From Paraphysomonas bandaiensis (taxonomy: Eukaryota; Protista; Chrysophyceae), in the NCBI GenBank assembly GCA_965644295.1, contig CBFFRP010000297.1:558001-622000 (forward strand): a DNA stretch of 64,000 nucleotides, in the 5' to 3' direction. Made by a program: the position numbers and the translations under genes. The notes beneath the pieces are model-generated. The model ran no database searches. It was not told where the DNA came from and saw only the letters and a program-made list of their open reading frames with translations. Positions 39,201 to 51,589 of the stretch are shown here, piece by piece (the first letter of the stretch is position 1; each line of letters opens with the position of its first letter).

Positions 39201-41883
39201 TAAGCAGTAATCAGGAAAAAGCTGCTGGTGGCAACCACCTGGATGATGAGAGCATGCTTTTGCAGCGCATTAAACAGGTTGCAAACAGAGAAACTGGAGG
39301 TATTCACGGAATAGTTGCATTTTTGGATGACGATGAAGATGGGCTGTTCAAGCTCTCTGATCTGATGCGATTTTTAGCGGCAGAAGGTGTATTCGACCGG
39401 GGAAGCACTCTGTCTCAGGAAAAAGTGAAAGTTGCCCTCAAAGATATAATTCGCCGCGATAACACAATTCGTGTCGATAATTTTCTACGTTATGTCAGTG
39501 GGAACAAAAGCATTGAAGATGAATTTCCATCTCGAAATCGCGAAGATGATGACGAAGACGACTTGGCCGATTCGAATGACTTTGAATATGAATTTTCTCG
39601 TGAGCCGGAAACTCGTGCCCTAGAAAAGAAAATGAGAGATTTGGGAAATCTCTTAGCCAAAAAGGGTGTGGATATAGAGAGTATGTTTCGAAGCTATGAT
39701 GCGAGATATAGTGGAATGGTGCGTCGCACAGAGTTTCTAGAAATTCTTTCAAAGATGGGCTTGTATATTCTTGAACAAGGCAACGTAATCGAAGATGGAA
39801 AGTCTTTATTCGATACCGTGGACAACACGGGTATGTCCAGAGCAGTACGAAAGCAACAAGAGCGACAGATATCTCGATTGAAAAGAGGTAATAGATACAG
39901 TGATTCTGCTTCGAAAGTTGCAGGACAATTAGTAAAGTCTGGAAGAACGGGAGACTTTAAGGTATTCATAGAATTGTAGACAAGATATTGATTGACGTAT
40001 ATCCGCAGGAACATTTAGAGTCATTGGCGTTGATTGACTGGTACAGACAAGGCCAAAAGCGGATGTTATTGCAGCGCGTGTTATCGCACTCACTTGCATC
40101 ATCAGTACAATTATATCCACGGTGAGTTCATACGCTCGCTATAACGTGATGTGTTTACATTACTTGTAGGTTTGGGTGCACTCTCTTCTTTGAGCACCCA
40201 CTGACAAACCCATTTGGTCACGAAGAGAGATTTTTGATAGAAATTAACGACCCTGAACTGAGAATCGTGACTGACTATGCAGAATGGTCTAGCTTGCGTA
40301 ATACTTGCAGGTAAATTTACGCTGCTTTGAGAAGTACATGTTACGACTTCTTACTTTGTAGGCCATGCACTGGTACCATTGGAGCTGAGCCCGTTGAAGC
40401 CGAGATGTTTGATGGAGATGGTGTGGGCAGTATTCAAGTGTCTCTTCTGGCCCATGAGACTGTGCATGTGCCGTTCACTTTTCTGACATTGAAGCCAGAT
40501 GTGAATTCCACATTGATTAGCAAGGCGCCTTCCAAGCGACGACAGCAAAGTAAATCTTCTGATGCCTTTGCCGTGAGTACAGCTGAAGCTAAAGCACAGC
40601 ACGATGACGCTGCGCCATTGCGTGTTATTGATGTGAGATTTATTTCCGGATCACACGGACATGTTGTGGCAGTTTTACGAGTGCATATATACCCAAGGTC
40701 ATGCGTGGTGAACCGCAATTTGATATATTACGAGTCTGAAAATTCTATAATGAAACGAAGAATCCAATTAAGATCCGGCTCTGGTATGCAAATGTATCCT
40801 GGAGAAGATTATATGGCTTCGAAGTATGTTCATTGTGTTGAGTGCAGTTCGGGTTCGGGATCCGAAAATCTCGATCAAGATCTGTCGAGTCAACTCCTGG
40901 TTGAATGGGGACCGTCAGATGACGATTGCCCTGGAGCATTGGATTTGATAGTGAGATACCGGTGTCCTAGTTTCCCCGGTTGTGGAACTTTTTATGTTTT
41001 GCTATACAATGACCCTTACCAATGTTCGCTGTATGAGGTAATGCCCAGTATGGTGTTCTTACACTGTACATTGTGCAAATTTGCAGCCCTGTGACAATTG
41101 TTCATTCTATAATATTCTCACTTGTTCATAGAATGAAAACAATTTGTATAATGTAGAATAACTCGTTCTGGTTTTAGATATGGCACGTCACCGTTCACTC
41201 CAGACAACGCTTGGATATGAATTGCACAGTAGGAAGCAGGAAATCTGTTGACCTTGTAGTTCGGGGCGATAGATATTCTCGGCGTGTTCGTGCGTTTTGT
41301 TCTCCCAACACCGATAATATATCGTTTCAGCCTGAATCTTATTTTCAGCTTGTACCTGGAGCATACAATAGAGTAGTGATGACTTCTTGCCCGAAAGCCG
41401 TCGGTACAAGGTCTGTGTATGACTTGTAGTTTATGACACTTACGTATCTATTTAGTCGTGCGCAACTTAATGTGGTTGATGTGGATACCAAAGAGCTAGT
41501 AAGCTCTTGGCTGCTGGTGTCGGCTGTGAGCGCACCGGTAGTGATGCGTACCTATGACGTTGATATCCCAATCGGAAAGCCGTTGCACAAGAAGATTATT
41601 TTCAAGAATCCTTGGAATATGACAAGAAGATTCAACCTCGTGTCGAGCAACGAATCTGTTATGAAGCCAAGGTATTATGACGTGTAGCATTCTTGTTTTA
41701 CTCATCGATTTTGCTTCTAGAAATAGTGTTCTCGAAGTTGCTGGTCATGGAAATGCGTATTTAAAATTGTGGTTTAGCGGAGGATTTCCTTCTCAAGGTG
41801 CAACACAAGTGTACTTGTTTCTCAATGACGACACAGGGCACAACGAGGAATGTTTTCTTTTTGATATTAAAGTTGCAATGTAA
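33292..41883 (+). CDS. NPHP4: Nephrocystin-4 (transition-zone protein) with large internal EF-hand array
   Basis: NPHP4 motifs LSMFH..TFFGSTWMG, GCGW, GSPRDLL, VSENE, HNGH, YFSYQFF.FRPTRT, YLAHRSLFIDVWDANSL, FEHPLTNP, LLAHETVHVPF, NVVDV..LVSSWL, KKI.FKNP; EF-hand loops in the 36.9-40.0 kb exon. Confidence 0.85.
38648..39177 (+). repeat. Intragenic direct duplication (~227 bp, 303-bp offset) of one EF-hand pair
   Basis: 38648-38874 vs 38951-39177 are nearly identical (LHDIVMSAKAKGKSPDDVF.HLDKNKDG...IDYDNSGEISVSEFIDV). Confidence 0.92.
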
Positions 41884-42547
41884 AGTTGTGCGCAACTTAC
41901 AATCGATTACGTCCATGTATACGGGTTATAAGTGTGTTATATTGAGTGTTATAATTTTGCCTGCTGATGTAATATCTAAGTATTAAGTATCAGATAGTTA
42001 GTTATTTGTAATATTCGTCCTTAGTGGTACATACTTTCACAAGGTAGCTATTGCAAATGAGATAGAGTAATACGAAAGAGTTGTAACTTGGGTCCAGAGT
42101 TGAGAACTACGTCATTCTTACGAAAGAATTCAAGGGATGACAGAAGTAACAATTTTTTAGAACTACAACACACATTATCCTCAGCACTTTTTCCGGTACT
42201 GCAGAACTTCATTTTATTCATACACAGAATTCACTCGCACCACTAACCACTAAATACATTTCATACTACAGAATTACTGCTTGTAATTAACTGCCAATAG
42301 ACCAACATATTTACCTTGTAAAAGAGGAAGTGATGCATACGTCCTATAAAGTAGAAGTTATTATCACAGCCGATTGACTACAGCGGATTTGCGCCAGTAG
42401 TAATACTTTAAATGATGACTGCCTCTTGTGCTGTTAATGTCTCAGCTAAAATATGTAAATCTTATCATAATTCGGTCACTTCAGAAGTATAGGCAATACG
42501 GAAACTACATTTTATAAAATATGCACGAACGGATTCTACATTCCAGC

Positions 42548-43651
42548 TCAAACTCGATCCGGCAGCGAAAACATAACTTTTACAGCTTCTCCACTTCTCG
42601 CCATTTCGAATCCAGCAGTGATGTCTTCGTTTGAAAAGCCAAATCGATGAGTTATCAGCTTCTTCACGTCCACTGCTCCAGATGATAAGAGCTGTATGCA
42701 TGTACGGTAAGTATTGGCGTATCTAAACACGCCTACGATATCAATCTCACGAGCAGCAGCAGAAATAAGTGGAACAGAAACAGTGCTTTGAGACATGCCA
42801 ACCACACACACAGTTCCGCCAGCGGCAGTGCAATCCAACGCAGTCTGAATACTATTTTCGAACCCGGTACAGTCGATACTAACTTCAGGGTGTTTGTTAG
42901 CGAAAGCCCCGCTAATCTCCGAATAGACCACTTCATTCGGCTTGAAATTACCACTAACAGCAGATTGGTCATCGCTTTTATCAATCAGAGATATCACATC
43001 AGTTGCACCACATTCTCTAGCCATGGCTAATCGATGTTCAAGAATATCAGTTGCAACGATACGTGATGCCCCATACGCTTTAGCCACCATTATAGTTACC
43101 AAACCAATTGGCCCACACCCCAAAACAAGAACATTGCTACCAAACTTCACACCAGCTCTGTTGCATGCATGTACCCCAACAGATAAAGGTTCACAGAGAG
43201 CGCCTTCATCTAGAGTAAGATTATCTGGAAGTAAATAACAGAAGTCGGCTGGATGGGACACATATAATGCGAGCGACCCGTCAGTGGGAGGCGTTGCAAA
43301 GAACTTTATATCTGGACACAAGTTATACCGCCCCTGTAGACAATAAGAGCATGAGCGACAAGGAATCCCCGGCTCAATGGCAACTCTATCGCCTTGTTTT
43401 AGATGATGTACACATGAGCCGACCCTCTCCACCACTCCACTCGACTCATGTCCTATTGTCATTGGACCGTTACACTTGAATGGACCACATTGACCATGAA
43501 GATAGTAGTGGACATCGCTGCCGCATATTCCCACCCTCTGCATGCGTATGATAACATCATGAGGGGACATACGAGGGACATCGCCGCTCAACACACGGAT
43601 ATCCTGAGGACCCACCAACACTGCTGATAGATTACGGATAGATTCAGACAT
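42548..43651 (-). CDS. SORD: Sorbitol/xylitol dehydrogenase (Zn-dependent MDR family), intronless
   Basis: GICGSDVHY, GHESSG, structural-Zn C..C..C...RYNLC, GALCEPLSVG, GCGPIG, GVFRYAN; ATG at 43651. Confidence 0.93.
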   Translation of the reverse strand: MSESIRNLSAVLVGPQDIRVLSGDVPRMSPHDVIIRMQRVGICGSDVHYYLHGQCGPFKCNGPMTIGHESSGVVERVGSCVHHLKQGDRVAIEPGIPCRSCSYCLQGRYNLCPDIKFFATPPTDGSLALYVSHPADFCYLLPDNLTLDEGALCEPLSVGVHACNRAGVKFGSNVLVLGCGPIGLVTIMVAKAYGASRIVATDILEHRLAMARECGATDVISLIDKSDDQSAVSGNFKPNEVVYSEISGAFANKHPEVSIDCTGFENSIQTALDCTAAGGTVCVVGMSQSTVSVPLISAAAREIDIVGVFRYANTYRTCIQLLSSGAVDVKKLITHRFGFSNEDITAGFEMARSGEAVKVMFSLPDRV

Positions 43652-44339
43652 CAGATTCGAGAGCGAGGGTTGAAAGCAACTGTGCTGTAGATGTGTGAGA
43701 TGTGGACATGTACATACATACACACGCGGATATTATACTGCAGGCGGTGTACATGTCCAGAGGTACATACGTACAGAACAGAAGGTTGCATCACTGCTGT
43801 ATAGTACTCTATATACAGCAGGATACAGCACTGGTGTACTTGTGGACCATATTCGTATACAGCTGCAGCAGTACATTCTACACACTGACATCTGTGCCTT
43901 CAGTGTGCTTGCGGTATCTGAGTTTCTTGTGGGGTTGTAGCTGAGTGTTTGCAGTGTGTTGGTGGATTCTTATGCTGGCCGAGGGTTCCTTTCAAGTGGC
44001 AGTTTAAAGGGTGGGTCAGATAACATCCTCCACCCACATTGATGACTTTCTTGGAGGTTTCTGTGAATATTCCCTTAAAACTAAATCAAAATATCTGGGT
44101 TTTATAATTTATGTTACAAAAATCTGTGCTTTCCACACTGATTGTATATGCAGCAGCAGTGCTCTGTATGTGTGTATATTGTAGAGTGTATACAGCAGCC
44201 CTGTGCAGGCATCATCTCCCTGCAGACGGCGCTATCTCCTCATGCACTGGGCAGTCACTCGACCCACACAGCAGACGTATCGCAGTAACAGTCGAAATCA
44301 GCATCAGCGTAAATATCAGCATCAGTATTCGTATCTGCA

Positions 44340-47300
44340 ATGAGCCGTTTGCGTCCTCGATTCAAGTGAGCGTCCTCATATATATGTGTGTCTGCTATGA
44401 GTGGCTGTATATACATACATGTGTGCGTGTAGTGATAGGATGATATACAGGCACAGGATATGCCGCAACTCAGACATGATTGGAGACGTATACTCCTTTG
44501 AAGACTCAGGCTCCAGACATCTTGGAGGGACACTCACACTTCTCGAGGGTCTATTGAAGGTGTCTCTATCTGCTGATGATGAGGATGATGCTAATGGTAC
44601 TGCAGAGTAATCAGTTTAAAGTGCAGGACGGGAGTCACACCTTCATGTTAGCAATCACTAAATCGAGTAGCAGTAATGCTAAACTGTTGAATCTTTATAG
44701 TCAGCTTCAAGCATCGCATGATGAGGTATGTACACGTCTGTTAGCGCTTGTTGTCAAGTGATTAGAATGCCGCAGTGTGCTGTAGTGTATTTGGACTCAA
44801 AGGGCACTCGAGGAATACTGACTTCAGCACACGCTGCAGATTTAGAAAAGGTCGACCCGAAGCTCAGTGCATGCTTTAAATGCACTGTTGTAGAGGATCA
44901 AAGTAATACAGTTCATACATAATTATACCTCTAATGTATTTGTACTTCCAAATAGCATCTGACCAGCAGGCTTCAGCGAATTTCTATAACACGCTTCAAC
45001 GAAAAAAGGTATGAGTTGTCTTTACATTCTTGCTCTATTTCTTCAGTAATCCACTACTTTGTGTTTTAGGAAGAACGTCATCTGAAACAAACATTTCACC
45101 TCTTCAACTTAAATAATTGGGTCAAAACAGCACTCATTGACTTTGCTTGTGACTTATTTGTTGGGAAAGAGAATGGTGTAAGTGTATTAGACCTCGGATG
45201 TGGCAAAGGTGGTGATATCATGAAATGGACAAAATGCAAATGTGGAGGTAAGTTCGATGCTCCATAGCGAAGTGTTCATTGTGATCTTGTTGTTATTAAT
45301 TGCTGACAGGGTTGAATTTATATGTGGGAATTGATATTGCAAAAGTATCGTTGCAAGACTTTGTTCAGTACAGAATGACTCCGAAGGTTCAGTCTTTGAT
45401 TGCAACAGATATGGGCGATGTAGACAGGTCGCTTTCTAAATCTGCTTCAGATGTCTACGTTAGCGCTACTGGTACATGGGAAAAGCGTGTTCCTCTTCCC
45501 CCCAGTCACCCCAAGTTTGACATTGCTAGCTGCCAGTTTGCATTGCATTATATGTTTCAAACGAAGCAGCGTGCTTTGCATTTTATGCGCGAAGTCAGCA
45601 CACAGCTACACCCTGGCTCGTGTTTTATTGCCACTACAATAGATTCTCGAGTTATCGTAGACTGGGCTCTGAAAGAGGCTTCAACGAATGGTTATACTGA
45701 CAAAAGTGATGAATCATTTCGAGACCTGAAAATTTACGCCGATAAATTAGAGTCCTCTGAAGACGCACCTAGTCTAATGCTTCGATTACGTTTTGACAAC
45801 AGCATGTGGCAGCGGCTCGTTGCAATTCCTCAACATGAAAACGCACCGTTTCGTGAGAACGCAACTGCAGATACCGATCCATTTGGACTACGATACACTT
45901 TTACTCTGGTCGAATCACCCTCGGGTAAAGGTGCTGAGAATTTTGTATCTGCAGTCGATGCACCGGAGTGGCTCGTACCTCTGGGAAGTGAGCTAGAAAA
46001 CTTGGCGTCTTCGTGTGGTATGAAAGTTGTTTTGTGTCAAAATTTTCATCAGTTTATCATACAACGAGCGGGAAACCATATTCTACGGTAGCTCTATGCT
46101 GTTTTGTCATTCATTCACTAAATAAATGTGGTAACTAGGGATTTACTTCGTAATATGAATGTGTTCAACATAGATGGGTCTATTTCGGAAGCCGAGTGGA
46201 AAATAGCAGGGTAGACATTTTAGTGATATATCTTCGATTTTATAACGCAGATGCTGCAGGTTGTATGCAGTGATTGTCTTCCAGAAACTAGAAGACAGGA
46301 GCACTCGTATCTCACAACATCGTCCCTCCAGTCCAGATGGTCCACCCCCACGACACCGCCCCACAAGTCCGGAAGGCCCACCTCCACGAAACCGCCCCTC
46401 AAGTCCGGAAGGTCCACCTCCACGACACCGCCCCACTAGTCCGGAAGGTCCTCCTCCTCAATTTGTCCCGACTAGCCCGGAAGGTCCTCCTCCACGACAC
46501 CGCCCCACTAGTCCGGAAGGTCCTCCCCCTCAATTTGTCCCGACTAGTCCGGAAGGTCCTCCTCCACGACACCGCCCCACTAGTCCGGAAGGTCCTCCTC
46601 CACAGTTTGTACCAACTAGTCCGAAAGGTCCTCCACCACAATTTGTTCCCACTAGTCCGGAATGCCCTCCACCACAATTTGTCCCAACTAGTCCGGAAGG
46701 CCCTCCTCCACAATTTGACCCCACCAGTCCGGAATGCCCTCCTCCACAATTTGTCCCGACTAGTCCGGAAGGCCCTCCCCCACAATTTGTCCCCACCAGT
46801 CCGGAAGGTCCTCCACCACAATTTGTTCCCACTAGTCCGGAAGGCCCTCCTCCACGAAACCGGCCCACTAGTCCGGAAGGTCCTCCTCCACAGTTTGTTC
46901 CCACTAGTCCGGAAGGCCCTCCACCACAATTTGTCCCAACTAGTCCGGAATGCCCTCCTCCACAATTTGTCCCCACCAGTCCGGAATGCCCTCCTCCACA
47001 GTTTGTCCCGACTAGTCCGGAAGGCCCTCCTCCACAATTTGTTCCAACTAGTCCGGAAGGCCCTCCACCACAATTTGTTCCAACTAGTCCGGAAGGCCCT
47101 CCTCCACCTAACTTAAATCGGCCTATTACTAGCAACTCTCTTCAAAACGCCGACGACGATAGTGATAGTGACGATAGTATTGACGAGGAAACCAGAAATT
47201 TACTTCGAGTTAGGGACAAAGCAGTGCAACTCTGCGTTAACAATGGCCAAATATGGGATACAGTGGATGAGAATACTCGAAAATCTTATATGGATCAAGC

Positions 47301-47358
47301 ACGTCAATATGTGGAAGATGAGGATGAACCAAGTGCCAAGCGTACTCGCTTGACCTAA
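44340..47358 (+). CDS. RNMT: mRNA cap guanine-N7 methyltransferase with extra N-terminal domain and C-terminal PTSP repeat tail
   Basis: NNWVKTALI, VLDLGCGKGGDIMKW, GIDIA, FDIASCQFALHY, FIATTIDS, FGLRYTFTL, VDAPEWLV, LYAVIVFQK. The start at 44340 is inferred from an in-frame GT-AG exon chain. Confidence 0.88.
46315..47106 (+). repeat. Coding tandem repeat, 36 bp x 22, (QFV/RHR)PTSPEGPPP
   Basis: Counted directly from ORF 46261-47358; core ACTAGTCCGGAAGG. Confidence 0.97.
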
Positions 47359-47827
47359 TGTGTATATTCTACGCCTCTACCGATATAGAGAAATAGAAAA
47401 TATTATTTGTAGACCATTGTAATGCTTGTTGCCCTGTATCTAACATAGAGCCCAAACAACAGGTTTTTAAATAAGTGGAACCTTTTCTACTTCTATATAA
47501 ATTGGCTAACTAGATGAACACTATTATGTACTATGGATTTTAGACAATATTTTGAGAGCACACTGTGGGACAGTAGGTGCTTATCAATTCTCAATCAGTT
47601 ATAGCTAGATTATTTTGCACTTTGTAAGATATACTTCGTGGACTGCTTAGATTTTTAAATATAGATAAGCAGCTCCTAGAGAAGATACTGAAATATTCTT
47701 AACAATATGCGTTTAAGAGTCGGAAACTACTTTAGCATTGCATTTCAATTAACAAGCGCTTAAATTTGACTATTTGGCGCTACCAAAGCTGCTTTTGATC
47801 CACCGCAAGCACCAAGGTACAACTTAC

Positions 47828-49109
47828 ATAGTAAATTTACTAACACAAAGCGGCCTGACAATCTGCAGGTTTTGTTGGTATTGTTGATATATATATTTCT
47901 ATCTGCATAGAAGTTTTTCATAGTCTTCGTCATGGAACACACAGACAGCTGTACAGTGTCTAAGGCTATTGATAAAATTTTCAACAGATACGAGCGAAGA
48001 ATGGAACAACGTCTTCAGATGATGTGTCAAAGAACTCAAAACATGATCAGTCTACTTGTATTAGCCTCCAAGATATGTGGGGAGATTAAGAAATCCGATC
48101 AAATGCAAAAGAACCCCTCAGATGCGCCTGTTTCCTGTCCTGAGATTACTACCACGGAAGCGGCTGACCACAAACAAGAAGACTGTGCTTCATCTCAGCA
48201 GGAGCTTGGTATGGAACCTAAGGCATCTATGGTTCAGGAGGATGGCAATGTAGTCTCGCGAGTGTCAATTCCAGGGACAGAGACCATCACTGCTGATGCA
48301 AACTGGCTTCCTATCGACGTCCGAGTTCAAGGGGTATATAAGCTCCGGTCCTCTCAACGTGAGATGATTTGTTCCAGTCCCGGGAAGTCCAGCTTGTTTC
48401 TAACTAAGAAGTCTTTCCTCCCCAACCCTGTACAGGGAATAACGGGTGTTTTCCAGGAAATTCCAGGATTTATCCGGCCTTATACCTGGGTGATGGCAAT
48501 TTTTGAGGAACATGGTCCTAGACCGCCATCTTGGGTCAGACTAGAGTGTTGATTCACAGATTGGGCTGTTACAGAGCCTCCAGAGGCAACTTCGGCGGAC
48601 TGGCTCTGAATTTTGGTGTGCATGGAGCAATGACTCTCGTACTCCGGAATCCCTTACATTGCAGTGCGTGCATCACCTACTTTGAGCTTGAGTAGCTAGA
48701 GATTTTCAACAGATATTATGAGGAGGAGATCGGGAGCATGTGGCATCATGGAGCATTTTCAACTAGAAGATTCATCAAGACGAGATTTTGCTTGACTTGT
48801 CATTTTGGATTCTTGTGTGGGAGTCCTATGGACTGTTCATATTGAGAACAAGTATGAGAAAGAGAGGTGAGGACAGGGTAATGTGCATCTGAGGGGTTCT
48901 TTTGCATTTGATCGGATTTCTTAATCTCCCCACATATCTTATCTCGTATCTGTTGAAAATTTCATCAATTGCCTTAGACACTGTACAGCTGTCTGTGTGT
49001 TCCCTGACGAAGACTATGAAAAACTTCTATGCAGATAGAAATATATATATCAACAATACCAACAAAATCTGCAGATTGTCAGGCTGCTTTGTGATAGTAA
49101 ATTTACTAT
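47828..49109. mobile_element. 1.28-kb element bounded by ~167-bp inverted repeats; contains 206-aa ORF 47932-48552
   Basis: 47828-47994 is the reverse complement of 48943-49109 with few mismatches; both ends carry the palindrome TAGTAAATTTACTA; no transposase motif recognised. Confidence 0.75.
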
Positions 49110-50581
49110 TGCGTGACCCGGGGTTTGCACCGGGTGCAGCCACTATATATGAATATAATAAGGAAATGTAAGAAAGAAGAAAGGAAAAGAAGAAGAGGAA
49201 TGTGCTTGTTAATAGCCTTACAATAGCTCAGGCACCCCCAAGCTCTTATAACTGGACACCTCCAACTACGTGTTAAGGTGTAAGGCACAATAACAAAACT
49301 CTGAACAGCAAGCAGAACACAAAACAACTCACAAAGAGCCACTCATGTTCTACAAGCTATCTAGAAGCACACGATAACATCTAGAACAATATTCTCCAAA
49401 AGATTCCACAAGATTTGGTTGATTATGTGGACATATCAGTTTTCTGGAACACTCCCGTAGAATGCTATGAAGACCAACTCCAACCAACAGAGTCTCCAGC
49501 ACACCAAAATGAGAATATTGTCCAATCATATGCTTGTACTCGACAATATACCGTCACTGTACTATAGACCATATACAGATATACAACAGCACAATACTGT
49601 ATACTCAGAATCATATACAGCATCATACAATCGTATATACAGAGGAGTACAAGGTCTCATACATCCCGCATACCAGAGTAGCATCCAGGAGTATACAGCA
49701 AATACAGTAAATACGGCATAAACAACAGTTGAGAAGAGACTGAAGAGGATGATGCTCTTAACGCTCATTGCAGATACATGCCAACGCTCCATAACCAGTA
49801 AGAGATAGATGATGACACTTGGCACACTAGTCAAGTCCATAATGACAGATGTCTGACGCAAGTCACGGCTCCAAACATCATGAACACGAGAAGTTAGAGT
49901 CCACTGCGCTCCACAGGAATATGAAGACCACACAGAGAGTACCAGTGGCCTCATGACAAGATGAATGGACTCTCAGGTGATACAATGTGTACATATACCA
50001 TACATACGTCATATTCATGTCATGTATACATGCAGATCGTGCTTATGACAAGACTTGGATCTTATACAAGCACGTGTACTATATGCCATACAGTATGCAA
50101 GTGATAAGAGTGTGATGATGGATATAGATGGTATTACACATACATATAGAGATATTGGAAGGTATAGATGAATATGTATACACTACATTGATATCTAATT
50201 CCTTCTATCTGCAGCTAGAGAAGAATTAATACCAACACAGCATACAGAATTATAAGTGTGAAGTGTAGTATGTATGCAATAATGGATAAGGTGTATAATG
50301 TATGTCATATATGTGTATAGTGTGATTGATGTGGGTGATATAGTAATAAGTGTGAGTGCATACAATGCAATATCAATACAATGATGACATGCAGTGCAAG
50401 GCATAGTATAGTGTACATGCAAGCATACATATAATAATATACACAATATATATCACCAGCAAGAGGTCTCACTCTTCCTAGCGTAGCACCTTTTCCCACG
50501 TCTCTTACGTAACTGCTGAAGAACAATTGCAGCACGGCTGCACACTTTTGCTCAATCACTCAAAGCAAAACGCAGTGGAAA

Positions 50582-50890
50582 AGCAGAATGTTGATATACC
50601 TGACATCGGCTGACTTCAGGATTGTTGAGTTCTTAAGGTGAAAATCCAAGATGCTTAACTTCAGTAGGCAGCCCAATACCCCGGTTACCTTTGAGGTGGG
50701 CCCGTTCCCGGATTCTTGACTTCAGCAGGCAGTCCAATACACCGGTTACCCTTCAGGATGCCTGTTTATTCCCGGATGCCTGTTTATTCGTCAGGGTCCA
50801 AAAACGTCTACACAAGCATTCGGCTAAGAGTGAGCAGAAAACTATCATCTGTCTATGTTTGCGGCTCATGATAGTTTCCCGGGAAAATGT
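50582..50890 (+). repeat. Dispersed repeat family B copy
   Basis: CTT(A/G)ACTTCAGTAGGCAGCCCAATA.CCCGG and CCAAA.ACGTCTACACAAG are shared with 59733-59840; has local internal duplications. Confidence 0.8.
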
Positions 50891-51589
50891 CTCCAGTTCT
50901 TTTCCCCCACAACACCACGAAACGGTGCTAGTAGTCCGATTTTTTTAGGGTGATGCATATCGCATATATCACTTCATACGTAATGCATATAAATGCACCG
51001 TATATTACTAGAACTTAACATATATCTGTATTCTGATACAGAGAGGTTAGTATATATGCTTTAACACATGATTGTGACTCGGAGCCCAAATCTATATAGA
51101 ACCCCATCAAGAAAATGAAGAAGATCTGTGCCCCCGAGCTTGAAGCTAGTTCTTGGGGCCTGATGCTGCGCAATTCCAAAACATATGACCCCAGGCCGTT
51201 TTTAGGAACTAAATTTAGTCTACGTTTTTCTTTGAGTAAAAATTGTGGGAAATGAGCGTTAACTAGGCAAATTTGACTCCTGATACTTCAGAAGTAACGA
51301 TTGTAGGTGCGAGAAGATATATATGTACGAGAAGAAGCTTAAGAAAAAAACACCACTCCATTCTTGCTTACCACATTAGATGATTCAGATGCGATTGTCA
51401 TTACTCCGGACAACGAATATAACTGCAATCTACACTTTGCTGTTCACATTTTTATCACGCAGTTCTGAATGGGTCAAGTATAATGACCTAACAGGTTTGA
51501 AGGGTAGCAGAAGAATGCAAGCGCTCTTACTAGGATAAAACAGAGATTGGCAAAGGAGGTATTCCACAGTTATAGGTGCAAAGAAGTAT

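Noticed and set aside
46315-47106. 36-bp periodic array resembling a CRISPR array; long ORFs in other frames and on the opposite strand
   Set aside because: No unique spacers, no cas genes and a eukaryotic context. The alternative ORFs are shadows of the coding repeat.
49150-50460. Possible LTR or retroelement remnant; ORFs 49562-49954 and 50195-50559
   Set aside because: Low-complexity TA/CA-rich sequence; no paired LTR, PBS or protein motif recognised.
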